Source of the DNA: an uncultured Streptococcus sp.
GTDB lineage: Bacteria; Bacillota; Bacilli; Lactobacillales; Streptococcaceae
Reading direction: 5' to 3'
Length of the DNA stretch: 40,770 bases
Assembly: GCA_902373455.1 (NCBI GenBank)
Contig: CABKMC010000001.1
Location: 1 to 40,770, forward strand
Part shown: piece after piece, positions 7,839 through 18,875 of the stretch
How positions within the stretch are numbered: the stretch's first letter is position 1
Layout: every line of letters begins with the position of its first letter
The notes under the pieces: model-generated
Database searches by the model: none
What the model saw: the letters and a program-made list of their open reading frames with translations, nothing else
Told to the model about the DNA's origin: nothing
Translations under genes and position numbers: made by a program

Positions 7839-9615
7839 TGTCTACTCCTCCTTTTGCGACGATTTGGTGTAGGGTTTCTACGATTTCTTCTTTCAGGGCT
7901 TGAATGGTTGCCAACTGATCCTCATGGATGAACTTGCTCCGGGCAATACGGTCTCGAAGAGCTACGGTTCCTTCCATGATTTCTGTGAAGTAAGCCCCTA
8001 ATTCTAGTGCTTTTTGACTTTCTTGGTCAAAGGTCAAAATGTTGGTCAACAAGGCCACCTGCTTGCTGAAAGAGGTATAGGTATCGACCTCATCAAAGGC
8101 ATTTTGTTGCAGGTAGTCTTCACGGATCATCTTGGCCGCATTCATGGTCAAGCGGTCTTTTTCAGACAAGGAATCTAAACCGACCAGGCGGACAATTTCT
8201 TGTAATTCACTTTCCTTTTGAAGCAAGTTCATGGCACGGGTCACTTTTTCAGACCAGCTGATTTGTTCATGTAGATCGATATAGCGACCAACTTCATCTT
8301 GGTAAAGGGAATAAGAACTCAACCAGTTGATAGCTGGGAAGTGGCGACGTTGGGCCAATTGAGCATCTAAGCCCCAGAAAACCTTGACGATCCGCAGGGT
8401 GTTTTGCGTCACGGGCTCTGAAATATCTCCACCCGGAGGGGAAACGGCACCGATTGCCGTAATCGAGCCTTCGCGCGCAGTAGTTCCAAGTGTCTTGACC
8501 CGACCTGCACGCTCGTAGTATTCGGCGATCCGGCTACCAAGGTAGGCTGGGTAGCCTTCATCCCCTGGCATTTCTTCTAGACGACCAGACATTTCACGGA
8601 GAGCTTCGGCCCAACGCGAAGTCGAATCGGCCATGATGGCAACGGAATAGCCCATATCACGGAAGTATTCCGCAATGGTGATCCCTGTGTAGATAGAAGC
8701 TTCCCGCGCTGCTACTGGCATGTTCGAAGTATTGGCGATCAGAACCGTCCGTTGCATAATGGATTGGCCAGTTGTTGGATCGATCAATTCTGGAAATTCA
8801 TTCAGAACGTCCGTCATTTCATTTCCACGTTCCCCACAACCCACGTAGATCACGATGTCTACGTTGGCAAACTTGGCCACCTGGTGTTGCACGACGGTTT
8901 TTCCAGCTCCGAAAGGACCAGGAACAGCTGCAGCTCCACCCTTAGTCACAGGGAAGAAGGTATCGATGACCCGTTGACCTGTGACCAAAGGTTCTACTGG
9001 GATGAGCTTTTGTGCAAAGGGACGACCTCGACGAACCGGCCATTTTTGCATCAGACTTCCAGTAAAGAGGCTACCATCTGCCTGCTCGATCTCATAAACT
9101 GGCTCTTCTACTGTGTAAGAACCTGCTGCGATCTTGGTCACACGTCCACTGACTCCAAATGGCACCATGATGCGGTGTTCCACCATATTGGTCTCCTGAA
9201 CGGTACCAACGATGTCTCCTGCGACTACCTCAGTTCCTTCTGCTACACTTGGTTCGAAAGCCCATTTGGTGTCCCGATCGAGATTTGGAACTTGCACCCC
9301 GCGAACCAAAAAGTCACTGGCGGTGACTTCTTGAAAGCGTTCCAAAGGGCGTTGGATCCCGTCAAACATCTGAGAGATCAAGCCTGGTCCCAATTCAACA
9401 GAAAGGGGGGCTCCGGTTGTTACCACTGGTTCTCCTGGACCAACTCCAGACGTTTCTTCGTATACTTGGATAGAGGCTTCATCACGCCGCATCTCAATAA
9501 TTTCGCCAATCAAACCAAGATCGCCGACCCGGCAAATGTCTTGGATATTGGCCTCCTGCATCCCTGATGCAACCACCAAGGGACCGGAAACTTTGATAAT
9601 TTTTCCTTGAGTCAT
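7825..9615 (-). CDS. ntpA: V-type ATPase subunit A (catalytic)
   Basis: P-loop [30 protein letters not shown]. Confidence 0.98.
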   Translation of the reverse strand: MTQGKIIKVSGPLVVASGMQEANIQDICRVGDLGLIGEIIEMRRDEASIQVYEETSGVGPGEPVVTTGAPLSVELGPGLISQMFDGIQRPLERFQEVTASDFLVRGVQVPNLDRDTKWAFEPSVAEGTEVVAGDIVGTVQETNMVEHRIMVPFGVSGRVTKIAAGSYTVEEPVYEIEQADGSLFTGSLMQKWPVRRGRPFAQKLIPVEPLVTGQRVIDTFFPVTKGGAAAVPGPFGAGKTVVQHQVAKFANVDIVIYVGCGERGNEMTDVLNEFPELIDPTTGQSIMQRTVLIANTSNMPVAAREASIYTGITIAEYFRDMGYSVAIMADSTSRWAEALREMSGRLEEMPGDEGYPAYLGSRIAEYYERAGRVKTLGTTAREGSITAIGAVSPPGGDISEPVTQNTLRIVKVFWGLDAQLAQRRHFPAINWLSSYSLYQDEVGRYIDLHEQISWSEKVTRAMNLLQKESELQEIVRLVGLDSLSEKDRLTMNAAKMIREDYLQQNAFDEVDTYTSFSKQVALLTNILTFDQESQKALELGAYFTEIMEGTVALRDRIARSKFIHEDQLATIQALKEEIVETLHQIVAKGGVDNERD

Positions 9616-9648
9616 GTATTCCTCCTGGGAATCCTTTGTTTCTTTGTT

Positions 9649-10353
9649 TTACTTTTGTGCTATCTCTCTTAGAGCTTGCTTTTGTTGGCCATTGGCATCG
9701 AAATTGCTTGGATCCAACCAGGCTTCGAAGCGCTCTTTGATTGCTGGCCATTCTTGGTCAATGATAGACAACCAGTCTGTATCGCGGGTACGACCTTTAT
9801 AAACAACAGCCTGACGGAAACAGCCTTCATAGGTAAACCCTAAGCGCTCAGCTGCTTTGCGAGAAGCTTGGTTTAAGGCATCACATTTCCACTCATAACG
9901 GCGGTAACCTAGATCCTCAAACACATAGCGCGCTAATAGATACTGGGCTTCTGTGGCCATGCGAGTCTTTTGGAGCGCTGGTGAGTAGGTCACTGCTCCG
10001 ACTTCGATCACCCGGTTGGCTGGATCGATCCGCATGAGAGAGAATGTCCCTAAAGCCTTGCCTGAATCTTTGTCTACAATCGCATAGTAAAAGCGACCTT
10101 GGGCTACCATAAGATCATCTAATAAGCGGTCCCACTCCTCTTCATTGCGGGCAGGACCTTTAAATAGAAAGGTCCACATAGCTGCTGGAGAGTCCGGTCC
10201 GTAAACCTGATAAAGATCTGCTCCATGTTTTTCTTTTGAGAGGCGCTCGATCACGGTATAGCGACCTTCGATCCGCTCAATAGCTGGCAAGCGCCCCGGT
10301 GTAAACTCCGGCAGCGCATCGCCAATTGCTTGGCCAAATTCATTTGTTCTCAT
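9649..10353 (-). CDS. GNAT acetyltransferase, RimJ/RimL-type
   Basis: IEVGAVTYSPALQKT; LGYRRYEWKCDALNQASRKAAERLGFTYEG; KGRTRDT. Confidence 0.9.
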   Translation of the reverse strand: MRTNEFGQAIGDALPEFTPGRLPAIERIEGRYTVIERLSKEKHGADLYQVYGPDSPAAMWTFLFKGPARNEEEWDRLLDDLMVAQGRFYYAIVDKDSGKALGTFSLMRIDPANRVIEVGAVTYSPALQKTRMATEAQYLLARYVFEDLGYRRYEWKCDALNQASRKAAERLGFTYEGCFRQAVVYKGRTRDTDWLSIIDQEWPAIKERFEAWLDPSNFDANGQQKQALREIAQK

Positions 10354-10670
10354 AAAATATCCTGTCCTACTGCTTTTTCGACATTATCACGAATCCGCTG
10401 TTGGCCCAGTCCTGTAGTCCCTCTATGGGTCGGGATAAGGATCAGAGCCGGTGTCAGCTGCTGGTCGTAAAAAGCCACTGTATCTGGAATAGCCTGAGCA
10501 ATATCCTCTGTCAGGTAGATAATCCCGAAGTTTTCCCGACTGAGTTTTCGCAAGGTATTGATCGCTTCTTGCGGCTCTGTGACCGGATAGGTTTGAAAGC
10601 CAATCAGGCGAAAAGGAAGGATGGCGTCCCGATTGCCCACAACGGCGATCTTATAGGTCTGTTTGTCCAT
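10350..10670 (-). CDS. ntpG: V-type ATPase subunit F (NtpG in Enterococcus hirae naming)
   Basis: YKIAVVG.RD.ILPFRLIG; PALILIP; VEKAVGQDIL. Confidence 0.93.
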   Translation of the reverse strand: MDKQTYKIAVVGNRDAILPFRLIGFQTYPVTEPQEAINTLRKLSRENFGIIYLTEDIAQAIPDTVAFYDQQLTPALILIPTHRGTTGLGQQRIRDNVEKAVGQDIL

Positions 10671-11670
10671 AAATCGGTCTCATCCTTTCTTTGATGTCTG
10701 CTAGCGGAAAACCATTGTCTAAACCAGAGAGGACCAAACGAAGGTTGGTCACCTCTAACTCTTTTCCGTAAAGATAACGAACAAGAGGGAGTGGTCCATC
10801 GACTTCAAAACGGCCAGCGTCTAGAAGACTGAATTTCACCAAACTCTCTAAATACTCCAACTCTACGGTCTTTAGTTGACCGGTGCGCATTTTTTCTTCA
10901 TAAGTGTCTAAAGCGAGATCGTACTCTAGCGGATTGACTTGATAAAACCAGGTCAACCACTGACCGGATTCTAGCAGGTCGATCACCTGATGGGCACCGA
11001 GGCTCCCTTCATCTGAAAGTAATTGGTGCATAAAGCTATGCGGTTTTTGCTGATCCATGGCCCGCTTAACTGTAATCGCATTGTAAAAGTCAATGGTCAC
11101 GTCCACCAACTGCTTCAGAATCGGATGATCTAGACTGTCCCCTAAGTATCTTAGGTGTTTAAAATAAGCTAAGTCCATCCCGATTTCGAGGACCCGCAAG
11201 TCCTGATAGTCTTGGAATTCTTGCCAGGTTGCAGCCACTTCTTCCGCCATAAAGGCTGGGCAATGCTCCGCAGAAAAGGTCGCCACCAAATGTTCGAGCA
11301 CATCAAGAGAATAAGGTCCGATAGGGATCAATAAATGTCCCAACTTGCGCTCTGTCGCCTTGTTTTTCAGATATACCTTGAGATTGTGATAAGTGTATTT
11401 CAAGGTAAACAGGCTAACTAAATCCGACTGAGGGGTTACCTCAAAAGCCCATTGGTATTCCGCCAACAAGGCTGTCATCAGACGCTCTTCAAGGGCTGCT
11501 AAATCCTTGATCTCGTGGCTGTCTAAAGCATAAGGTGTCCCTTGTAGCAAGCCTTCTCGGCTCTCACTGGAGGGACTTGCAAGCAACTGCTCGAACTGAC
11601 TGGGACTGACAAAACTAGCCTCACGTACGCTGATTCCTGTATTAACTTGAGAATAGGTCCGTTCGCTCAT
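10651..11670 (-). CDS. ntpC: V-type ATPase subunit C
   Basis: YTYHNLKV; GPLPLVRYLYGKELEVTNLRLV; ERMRPIY. Confidence 0.93.
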   Translation of the reverse strand: MSERTYSQVNTGISVREASFVSPSQFEQLLASPSSESREGLLQGTPYALDSHEIKDLAALEERLMTALLAEYQWAFEVTPQSDLVSLFTLKYTYHNLKVYLKNKATERKLGHLLIPIGPYSLDVLEHLVATFSAEHCPAFMAEEVAATWQEFQDYQDLRVLEIGMDLAYFKHLRYLGDSLDHPILKQLVDVTIDFYNAITVKRAMDQQKPHSFMHQLLSDEGSLGAHQVIDLLESGQWLTWFYQVNPLEYDLALDTYEEKMRTGQLKTVELEYLESLVKFSLLDAGRFEVDGPLPLVRYLYGKELEVTNLRLVLSGLDNGFPLADIKERMRPIYGQTDL

Positions 11671-11679
11671 TGCAACCTC

Positions 11680-12270
11680 CTAGTTCTCTTCGTCGGTGAA
11701 AATGCTGGCTGCCATCTGGTAGCTTTCTTGCTCCCAAATAGAATCCACCAAATCACGGTAGAGATAGTTGTCATCAATCTTCCCAACCGACAAGACAAAG
11801 CCTGCCTGAGCTGGGATTGTCGCATCCGCAACTGTCACATTCTGATGAGTCTGCTTCAATCTATCGAGAGCTGCTGGATCAAATTTGCTAGCACTCACCA
11901 CCCCAAAGGTCAGAGTCACAACTTGCCCTTGATAGCGGTCTAAAATCGCATCTACAAACTGCATTTCCTTTTCAAGGGGCCAAGCCGCCATTGCTTCATA
12001 AGCATCCGCAAAGAGATCCTTTAAGACTCGTTGCTTGGTGACAAGGGTTGATTGGCGTTTTTTATTTTCGATTTGTTGGGTTTCACGTTGCAATTGACGT
12101 TGAATCCGCTTGAGCTGCTCGGAGCGTTGATTGAGTTTGTCTTGAATCAAACGCTCTTCTTGTGCAGTCTCTTCTTTTAGGATGGTTTCCTTGGCCTCTT
12201 CTAAGAGTTTACGCCCTTTTTCATGGGCTTGGGCCAAGATCGAATCCTTTAATTGGGTTTGTTCATCCAT
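11680..12270 (-). CDS. ntpE: V-type ATPase subunit E
   Basis: Coiled-coil N-terminus, GFVLSVGKIDDNY C-terminal domain, operon position. Confidence 0.85.
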   Translation of the reverse strand: MDEQTQLKDSILAQAHEKGRKLLEEAKETILKEETAQEERLIQDKLNQRSEQLKRIQRQLQRETQQIENKKRQSTLVTKQRVLKDLFADAYEAMAAWPLEKEMQFVDAILDRYQGQVVTLTFGVVSASKFDPAALDRLKQTHQNVTVADATIPAQAGFVLSVGKIDDNYLYRDLVDSIWEQESYQMAASIFTDEEN

Positions 12271-12340
12271 ATCGTTTTTTCTCCTATTGCATGCGTCTTG
12301 TGTTTTTCGCCTCGTAAGGCGAATCCATCAAAGCTAGCTC

Positions 12341-12838
<498 letters not shown>

Positions 12839-12850
12839 TTAAGATAATAC

Positions 12851-14812
12851 TTATTTTTTTGTTTTAATATAGCGTTCAGAAGGTTTAAGAGGACGAAATG
12901 GCTTGCCTCCTCCTTCGTAGAACTTACCGAAGAACTCCACAAAGATTAAACGGGCTCCATGCACATATCCTGACAAGAAGGACAGGAACATGTTAATGGC
13001 ATGTAGGACGATAAAGAGCACAAGCCCTACCGTAAACCGTCCAAGCGGTGGGAAGAGATTGACAATCAGGTTAAAGGCTGAACCGATACTCGCTCCAGAC
13101 AATCCCAAAGCCATCAAACGGGTGAAGCTGACCAAGTCTCCGACATAGCCACTGACATTGTAGAGGTTAAAGAGACCAGACGCTAAACCGGACAGCTTCT
13201 TGGCACTGACAATGGAAACAATCAAGATCCCAATGGCATTCAAAATAGCTAGCCACTTACCAATCGGAACTAGGACGCTCATCCCTGGTAAGATATTGCC
13301 TACTGCTAGAAGCATTAAGCCAAGTAGGATCAAAACCCAAGCAAAGCCCGCATTATAGGCTTCCGTGTAGTCTTTGAGGCGGACATTTTTCATCCCCCCT
13401 AGGAACAGTCCCACTAAGACAGTGACAAAACCAAAGACCACTGAGAGGATCAGGATGGTCATAGCGTTGCTGGTCGTACTGATCAGGGCAAAAGGCATCT
13501 CAAATCCAAAGAAAGAGCCATAGACCACACCCCAGAGGGCCACTGAAATTCCGAGGAGACTGAAGAAACGAAGGTTTTTCGCTGTCCCAGGCTTGAGCTT
13601 AAAGGCTTTAAGGGCAAACCCTGTCGCTACCGTTAGCAAGAGGCCATAACCAATATCTGCGACCATCATGCCAAAGAAAACAAAGTAGAAGAGAGAAACG
13701 ATCGGAGTTGGATCTTTCTCGTAATACTTAGGCAAGGCATACATCTCTGTGACTAATTCAAAAGGCTCTACCAAGGCGCTATTTCGCAACTGGATCGGCA
13801 CGTCATCCCAATCTTTTTCCGTTACATCGCGCGTCTCAAGTAAGACCCGAGAACCAAAGCCTTGTTGCAAGAAGTCTCGTAACGAGGCCACTTGCGATGT
13901 TTCAATCCAACCCTCTAAGGCTACCAAGCTTTGCGTACTGGCAAGAAGCGATTTGGCCTCCTCACGAGCTCCCAAGCTCAACAAGTAATCCATCTGGTAC
14001 TTGAGTTGGTCCAACTCCTTCTGGGAGTCTTGTAACTCTGCTAGGGTTGCTGCAACGACAGCTTCCTGCTCTTTGATTTCCCTTTCTAGGCGATCCAAGT
14101 AAACGGCTGGGACTTGCTCTTCTTCATAGTCCAATTCTTTGAACCCATGTTCTTCCAGAAGCTCCTGAACAGCTACACGGTCTCCCGAACGATACAAGAT
14201 GACATAGCCGTGTTCAGTCTCAGACGTAAAGACTTCTTCCAACTCAAGCTCAGGATGAGCTTTTAAGGAAGAACGAACAGCGTCTGTATCACTATTCGGG
14301 ATTGTCCCAATCAAACCATGCACATAATGAAAGGTAGCAAGAGCAGCTGGTGTCACCTCTAACGGGCGCCATTTTTCTAAGCGTTCGATCTCTCCCTTTG
14401 CATCCGCAATCTTCTGACGAGCCTTGTCTAACACGCGCAATTGGCGTTTCAACTTGGTCAATAGAAGTTCCTCGTCTCGAATCATCCCGTGAGCCTGCAA
14501 GTCATCAAAAGACAAGCTTAAGGGTTCTTCCTTCAGAGCTTGCAGGGCCTTTTTCTCAGGCATGTAGGGCTCTAGAGTCTGAATCATTTTTTCAACTTGT
14601 TCTTGACGTTTTTGTAGCTCTACCAAGACTTGACGATTGTCCTCTGTCAAGGGTTGAGACAAGGTATTTGCCTCAAAAGCAGCCTGCCACTCTTCCTGTT
14701 CACTGAGGTCATAAATCTGGATTTTCGCCTCAGACTGCAGCGCTAGTAGGAGACTGTCCAAGTCATCTTTGGGCAAGATGAGAGACAGTTTTTGCATCTG
14801 ACTAACGGCCAT
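12851..14812 (-). CDS. ntpI: V-type ATPase subunit I
   Basis: DPTP...FFGMMVADIGYG; GDLVSFTRLMALGL; HGARLIFVEFFGKFYEGGG. Confidence 0.97.
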   Translation of the reverse strand: MAVSQMQKLSLILPKDDLDSLLLALQSEAKIQIYDLSEQEEWQAAFEANTLSQPLTEDNRQVLVELQKRQEQVEKMIQTLEPYMPEKKALQALKEEPLSLSFDDLQAHGMIRDEELLLTKLKRQLRVLDKARQKIADAKGEIERLEKWRPLEVTPAALATFHYVHGLIGTIPNSDTDAVRSSLKAHPELELEEVFTSETEHGYVILYRSGDRVAVQELLEEHGFKELDYEEEQVPAVYLDRLEREIKEQEAVVAATLAELQDSQKELDQLKYQMDYLLSLGAREEAKSLLASTQSLVALEGWIETSQVASLRDFLQQGFGSRVLLETRDVTEKDWDDVPIQLRNSALVEPFELVTEMYALPKYYEKDPTPIVSLFYFVFFGMMVADIGYGLLLTVATGFALKAFKLKPGTAKNLRFFSLLGISVALWGVVYGSFFGFEMPFALISTTSNAMTILILSVVFGFVTVLVGLFLGGMKNVRLKDYTEAYNAGFAWVLILLGLMLLAVGNILPGMSVLVPIGKWLAILNAIGILIVSIVSAKKLSGLASGLFNLYNVSGYVGDLVSFTRLMALGLSGASIGSAFNLIVNLFPPLGRFTVGLVLFIVLHAINMFLSFLSGYVHGARLIFVEFFGKFYEGGGKPFRPLKPSERYIKTKK

Positions 14813-15131
14813 AGCTTGCTACCACCTTTTCTACAATGGCTTCAACTAACCCAGCTCGCTTATCGGTCATCGCTTGCTGTACTTTGGCATCATTGCGCGC
14901 AACCGTTTCTTCCAGATCTTTCGTTAAACGGACGAGTTTTTCCTGGGCGTTTTTTTCTGCCTCTGTGACCAATTGCTTGGTTTCCTCATCGTAATGCTGT
15001 GCCACTGTTGCAAGGCGATCGCGTGAATCCGTTCGGATTTGTTCGACTTGAGCTTCATAGCCTACGATCACGCCTTGAGCAGCTTGCTCGATCTCTTGCA
15101 TCATCTCGAGTGTTGCATTCGACATCGTCAC
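14802..15131 (-). CDS. V-type ATPase peripheral stalk subunit G/H (NtpF-like)
   Basis: Helical 109-aa protein, first gene of the operon, overlaps ntpI, RBS AAGGAGG. Confidence 0.75.
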   Translation of the reverse strand: MTMSNATLEMMQEIEQAAQGVIVGYEAQVEQIRTDSRDRLATVAQHYDEETKQLVTEAEKNAQEKLVRLTKDLEETVARNDAKVQQAMTDKRAGLVEAIVEKVVASYGR

Positions 15132-15180
15132 ACCTCCTTATTCAACCATTATTCTTCGAACAACAGTACAATTATCTTAA

Positions 15181-15189
15181 ATTATACCA
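15181..15189 (-). promoter_or_regulatory. Extended -10 promoter of the ntp operon
   Basis: Minus strand TGGTATAAT about 50 nt upstream of the first gene. Confidence 0.65.
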
Positions 15190-15331
15190 CAATTCATATC
15201 GTTTGTTCAGGCCCAACCGGGAATTTTCAGAAAATTGTGGACAACCAATAAGACCTTAGTTTCAAGTTTGGTAGCGTTCTCTTTTTTCTCATATCCTGTT
15301 CCTAGTTTCAGTATTTCTTGATTTCTTTTAC

Positions 15332-15360
15332 TTGAATAAAGCGGTTACCCATGTTATAAT
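15332..15360 (+). promoter_or_regulatory. Promoter of the RpiR gene with an overlapping cre-like site
   Basis: TTGAAT-17 nt-(TG.)TATAAT; ATAAAGCGGTTACC at 15336-15349. Confidence 0.7.
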
Positions 15361-15417
15361 GTGTAATATATTATAGGAGTATCCTGTTATTTCATCTCGT
15401 GAGAAAGGAGGATTGCT

Positions 15418-16257
15418 GTGAAACAAGATCAAGATTTACGCGCTATTATCGCCAGCCATGAAGCTGAGTTAACGGATATGGAACGCGACATTGCCCAATA
15501 TTTTTTATCGTCAGAAGCACGACAGCACTCCCTGTCCTCTTCTCGTGTAACGGAGTTACTCCACGTCTCAAAGGCAGCTTTAACACGTTTCTCTCAAAAA
15601 TGTGGCTTTTCCGGCTATCGGGAGTTTGTCTATCACTTTAATGAGGAAACAAAGAATCAAAAACAGGTGCAAGAGCATGACGAACTCACTCTCAGCGTCT
15701 TGCAACGCTACCACCATATCAGTAACGTCACTGAAAGTCTGGTAAAAGATTCCCAATTAGATCGGGTAGCTGAACTAATCGGTCAAGTAGACCGAGTCTA
15801 TTTCTTCGGGATCGGTAGTTCCGGTTTAGTCGCTCGAGAAATGAAATTGCGCTTTATGCGACTGGGCGTCGTTTGTGAAGCCCTGACTGATCAAGATGGC
15901 TTTGCTTGGACGACCAGCATTCTCGATTCCTCTTGTTTAGTCATCGGTTTCTCATTGTCAGGAGGCACCAACTCCATTACAGACAGTCTCCTGGACGCCA
16001 AAGAAAAAGGGGCTAAAACGGTTCTTGTGACGGCTAACCCGGCTGCCATCCACCAAGGATTCACAGAAGTGTTACCGGCCGCACCTCTTCCTAGTAGTAC
16101 CTATATCGATCGAATTTCTGCTATTTTACCACTCCTCATTGTGGTCGATTTGATCTATGCTCATTTCCTTAATAAAAGCCGAGAACAAAAGGAAATTGTC
16201 TTTAATAGCTACTGGGAAAACAAAAAACTTTCTAGTCAACGTTCTCGAAAATCTTAA
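15418..16257 (+). CDS. nanR: RpiR/MurR-family regulator (NanR)
   Basis: HVSKAALTRFSQKCGFSGYREF HTH + SIS domain; adjacent to the nan genes. Confidence 0.85.
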   Translation: MKQDQDLRAIIASHEAELTDMERDIAQYFLSSEARQHSLSSSRVTELLHVSKAALTRFSQKCGFSGYREFVYHFNEETKNQKQVQEHDELTLSVLQRYHHISNVTESLVKDSQLDRVAELIGQVDRVYFFGIGSSGLVAREMKLRFMRLGVVCEALTDQDGFAWTTSILDSSCLVIGFSLSGGTNSITDSLLDAKEKGAKTVLVTANPAAIHQGFTEVLPAAPLPSSTYIDRISAILPLLIVVDLIYAHFLNKSREQKEIVFNSYWENKKLSSQRSRKS

Positions 16258-16354
16258 TATGGTCTCCCTATTTAAAAAGCATGAAAGATCTGGTTTTCTT
16301 CATCTTTCATGCTTTTTTTGATGAATCAAAAACAAGTCGCCAGCGCGACTTGTT

Positions 16355-17242
16355 TTATGTTTCATGTTTTTGTCTAAAGTGGTAGTAGGCCCCCAACATA
16401 CCCGCAGCGTTTTGATGGTGGGCAAATTCCAAACGGATCTTATCTGCTAGGCTAGGAACCAGTTCGGCACACAGGGCTTGATAGATTTTTGGCTTGAGGA
16501 TGGCTTCCTGGGCCATAATCCCCCCTCCAAGAACGATGACCTCTGGATTGACCACATAAACGATATTGGCCAGTCCTTTGCCAAGGTAGGTCACCATTCG
16601 ATCAATTCCAGCCATACAGATCTTATCTCCTTCTGTTGCCTGCTTAAAGATCCGGCGGCCATTCCACTGTTCCACAGGATCACCGTGATGTTCTGCCACA
16701 TACTCGACCAAAGCCGTCGTTGAAGCTAGATCCTGAAAGGCACCATCTGGCAAATGAAGATAGCCAACCTCACAGGCTGAATTGCTAAAGCCATGAAAGA
16801 CCTGACCATCGAGCAAGAGGCAACCGCCGATCCCTGTCCCAATCGTCAGACAAACAGCATTGTTCGATCCTTTTGCATGGCCTGTGGTGACCTCTGCGAG
16901 ACCGGCACAGTTAACATCATTTTCAATCTCGCAAGGGATCTGAAAGGTCTCTTCGATTTCCTTTTTGAATTGGGTGCCTGCATAGTTGGGAATTTGTGGG
17001 CCGGCATAAAAGATTTCTCCCTTATCAGGATCTACCATTCCGGCCGAAGAAATCGCCACCCCTGCCAAGGGATGCTTCTTCAAATAACGGGCTACGATTT
17101 CCTTTGTTGTGTTAAGAATGTGAGGTCCTCCTTTTTGAGCCTCCGTTGGCATTTCATGGGTCTCTAGGAGTTGCCCTTTTGCATCGGCTAGACCATACTT
17201 GATACTGGTCCCTCCGATATCAATTACAACATATGGATTCAT
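16355..17242 (-). CDS. nanK: ROK-family kinase (N-acetylmannosamine kinase)
   Basis: IDIGGT, ENDVNCAGLAE, TIGTGIGG; follows nanA. Confidence 0.85.
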   Translation of the reverse strand: MNPYVVIDIGGTSIKYGLADAKGQLLETHEMPTEAQKGGPHILNTTKEIVARYLKKHPLAGVAISSAGMVDPDKGEIFYAGPQIPNYAGTQFKKEIEETFQIPCEIENDVNCAGLAEVTTGHAKGSNNAVCLTIGTGIGGCLLLDGQVFHGFSNSACEVGYLHLPDGAFQDLASTTALVEYVAEHHGDPVEQWNGRRIFKQATEGDKICMAGIDRMVTYLGKGLANIVYVVNPEVIVLGGGIMAQEAILKPKIYQALCAELVPSLADKIRLEFAHHQNAAGMLGAYYHFRQKHET

Positions 17243-17257
17243 CTAGACCTCCTTTGA

Positions 17258-18175
17258 TTAAAGGAATCTGGCTTTTGTGTCCTGAATGAGTTGAGCAGCA
17301 CGTTGAATCACTTCTTGATCCGCTTCTACTACTGGCGTCAAAGGGGAGCGAACAGATCCCAAGTCCAAACCTTCATTAATGCGCAAAACCGCTTTGATGA
17401 CCGCATACATATTGCCATGAGCAGATGTCAAGACTCCAATAATGTCATTGATGGCAAACTGCAAGGCACGCGCAGTCTCTAAGTCTTTCTCAACAATCAG
17501 CTGATTGAGCTTCAAGAAGAGTTCTGGCATCGCACCATAGGTACCACCGATCCCAGCATGTGCTCCCATGAGACGGCCACCTAAGAATTGTTCATCTGGG
17601 CCGTTAAAGACAATGTGGTCGTCGCCTCCTAAAGAAGCAAAGGTTTGAATGTCCTGAACAGGCATCGAAGAATTTTTCACCCCAATCACCCGTGGGTTTT
17701 TCAACATTTCCTTGTAAAGGCTCGGTGTCAAAGCGACCCCTGCCAATTGCGGGATATTGTAGATGACAAAGTCTGTGTTTGGTGCTGCTGCGCTGATTTC
17801 ATTCCAGTAGTGGGCAACACTGTATTCTGGCAATCGGAAATAAATTGGCGGAATGGCCGCAATGGCATCCACTCCTAGTTCTTCTGCATGTCGTGCCAAT
17901 TCCACGCTATCCTTGGTGTTGTTGCAGGCTACGTGAGCAATGATGGTCAATTTCCCTTTAGCTACTGCCATGACTTCTTCCAAGACCAACTTGCGATCGG
18001 CTACGCTCTGGTAGATACATTCGCCAGAGGATCCGTTGACATACAAGCCCTGCACACCTTTCGCGATAAAATATTCTACGAGAGCACGCACCCGCTCCGG
18101 GCTAATTTCCCCTTGGTCATCATAGCAGGCATAAAAAGCAGGGATGACTCCTTCATATTTTTTTAAATCTGACAT
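17258..18175 (-). CDS. nanA: N-acetylneuraminate lyase (DHDPS family)
   Basis: GSSGE, IYNIP, GVKNSS, GGTY; start moved to MSDLKKY (RBS AAGGAG). Confidence 0.92.
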   Translation of the reverse strand: MSDLKKYEGVIPAFYACYDDQGEISPERVRALVEYFIAKGVQGLYVNGSSGECIYQSVADRKLVLEEVMAVAKGKLTIIAHVACNNTKDSVELARHAEELGVDAIAAIPPIYFRLPEYSVAHYWNEISAAAPNTDFVIYNIPQLAGVALTPSLYKEMLKNPRVIGVKNSSMPVQDIQTFASLGGDDHIVFNGPDEQFLGGRLMGAHAGIGGTYGAMPELFLKLNQLIVEKDLETARALQFAINDIIGVLTSAHGNMYAVIKAVLRINEGLDLGSVRSPLTPVVEADQEVIQRAAQLIQDTKARFL

Positions 18176-18206
18176 ATTTTCTCCTTTTGTCACTATTGAA
18201 TTCATT

Positions 18207-18854
18207 TTATTCTTGGTAGTGGGCAAAAATCTTTTCCATTAATCCAACTTGTGCATAAGCTAAGCTTGAAAAACCGAACAAGAAAAAGATCATGAGTTCC
18301 AATAGGAAAGCTAAGACTGAGCTTGCAAGAGCCATACATAGAAGTAAGAGAGCACTTCCCATGACGAAGAACCAAGGAAAATGCAAGCCTGTCACAATCA
18401 TGGCTTTTTGTAAACACTCTTTCCAATCCAATTGGTAGCGGGCTGCAATCGGATAAGCAGCCAATAAGATCAACACAAGAAAGAGAAAGAGGCCTAAACA
18501 AATGGTCTTCAAAGCTTGGAAAGCTAGGGAAGTTTGCCCCCAAAATAAGAATAAATCAAAGAGACAAATACCTGCAACAATCAGTTCTAAACTTCCTAGT
18601 TGCAAGCCTATTTTCCAATTGTCCCGAAAAGCCTTCGCATAACTACGAATCACCGGAACTCGACGCTGGTGCTTAATGGCAAAAACCGTCTGATACAAAC
18701 TAATTTTCGCAATTCCAATCGTGAGAACTGGTAAACAACTTAGCACAAATAAAAGATTAACGGTTACCAAGTCGAGCACCTTCTCACTGATGCGCATCAC
18801 TACATTGTCCGTGTTAAAGACGGATTTGATCAATCCTGCCCCCCTAGATGACAT
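18207..18854 (-). CDS. DUF624/YesL-family membrane protein
   Basis: NLLFVLSCLPVLTIG motif; start set at the ATG after AAAGGAG. Confidence 0.8.
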   Translation of the reverse strand: MSSRGAGLIKSVFNTDNVVMRISEKVLDLVTVNLLFVLSCLPVLTIGIAKISLYQTVFAIKHQRRVPVIRSYAKAFRDNWKIGLQLGSLELIVAGICLFDLFLFWGQTSLAFQALKTICLGLFLFLVLILLAAYPIAARYQLDWKECLQKAMIVTGLHFPWFFVMGSALLLLCMALASSVLAFLLELMIFFLFGFSSLAYAQVGLMEKIFAHYQE

Positions 18855-18875
18855 AGGCACTCCTTTCTAACGTGA

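Noticed and set aside
8752..9567. 271-aa antisense ORF
   Set aside because: Shadow of ntpA, explained by codon bias
15132..15250. Na+ riboswitch upstream of the V-ATPase
   Set aside because: The extended -10 leaves only about 45 nt of leader; no aptamer/terminator recognised (an Rfam scan would settle it)
18202..18543. Overlapping 113-aa ORF suggesting a frameshift
   Set aside because: The DUF624 frame is full length and intact
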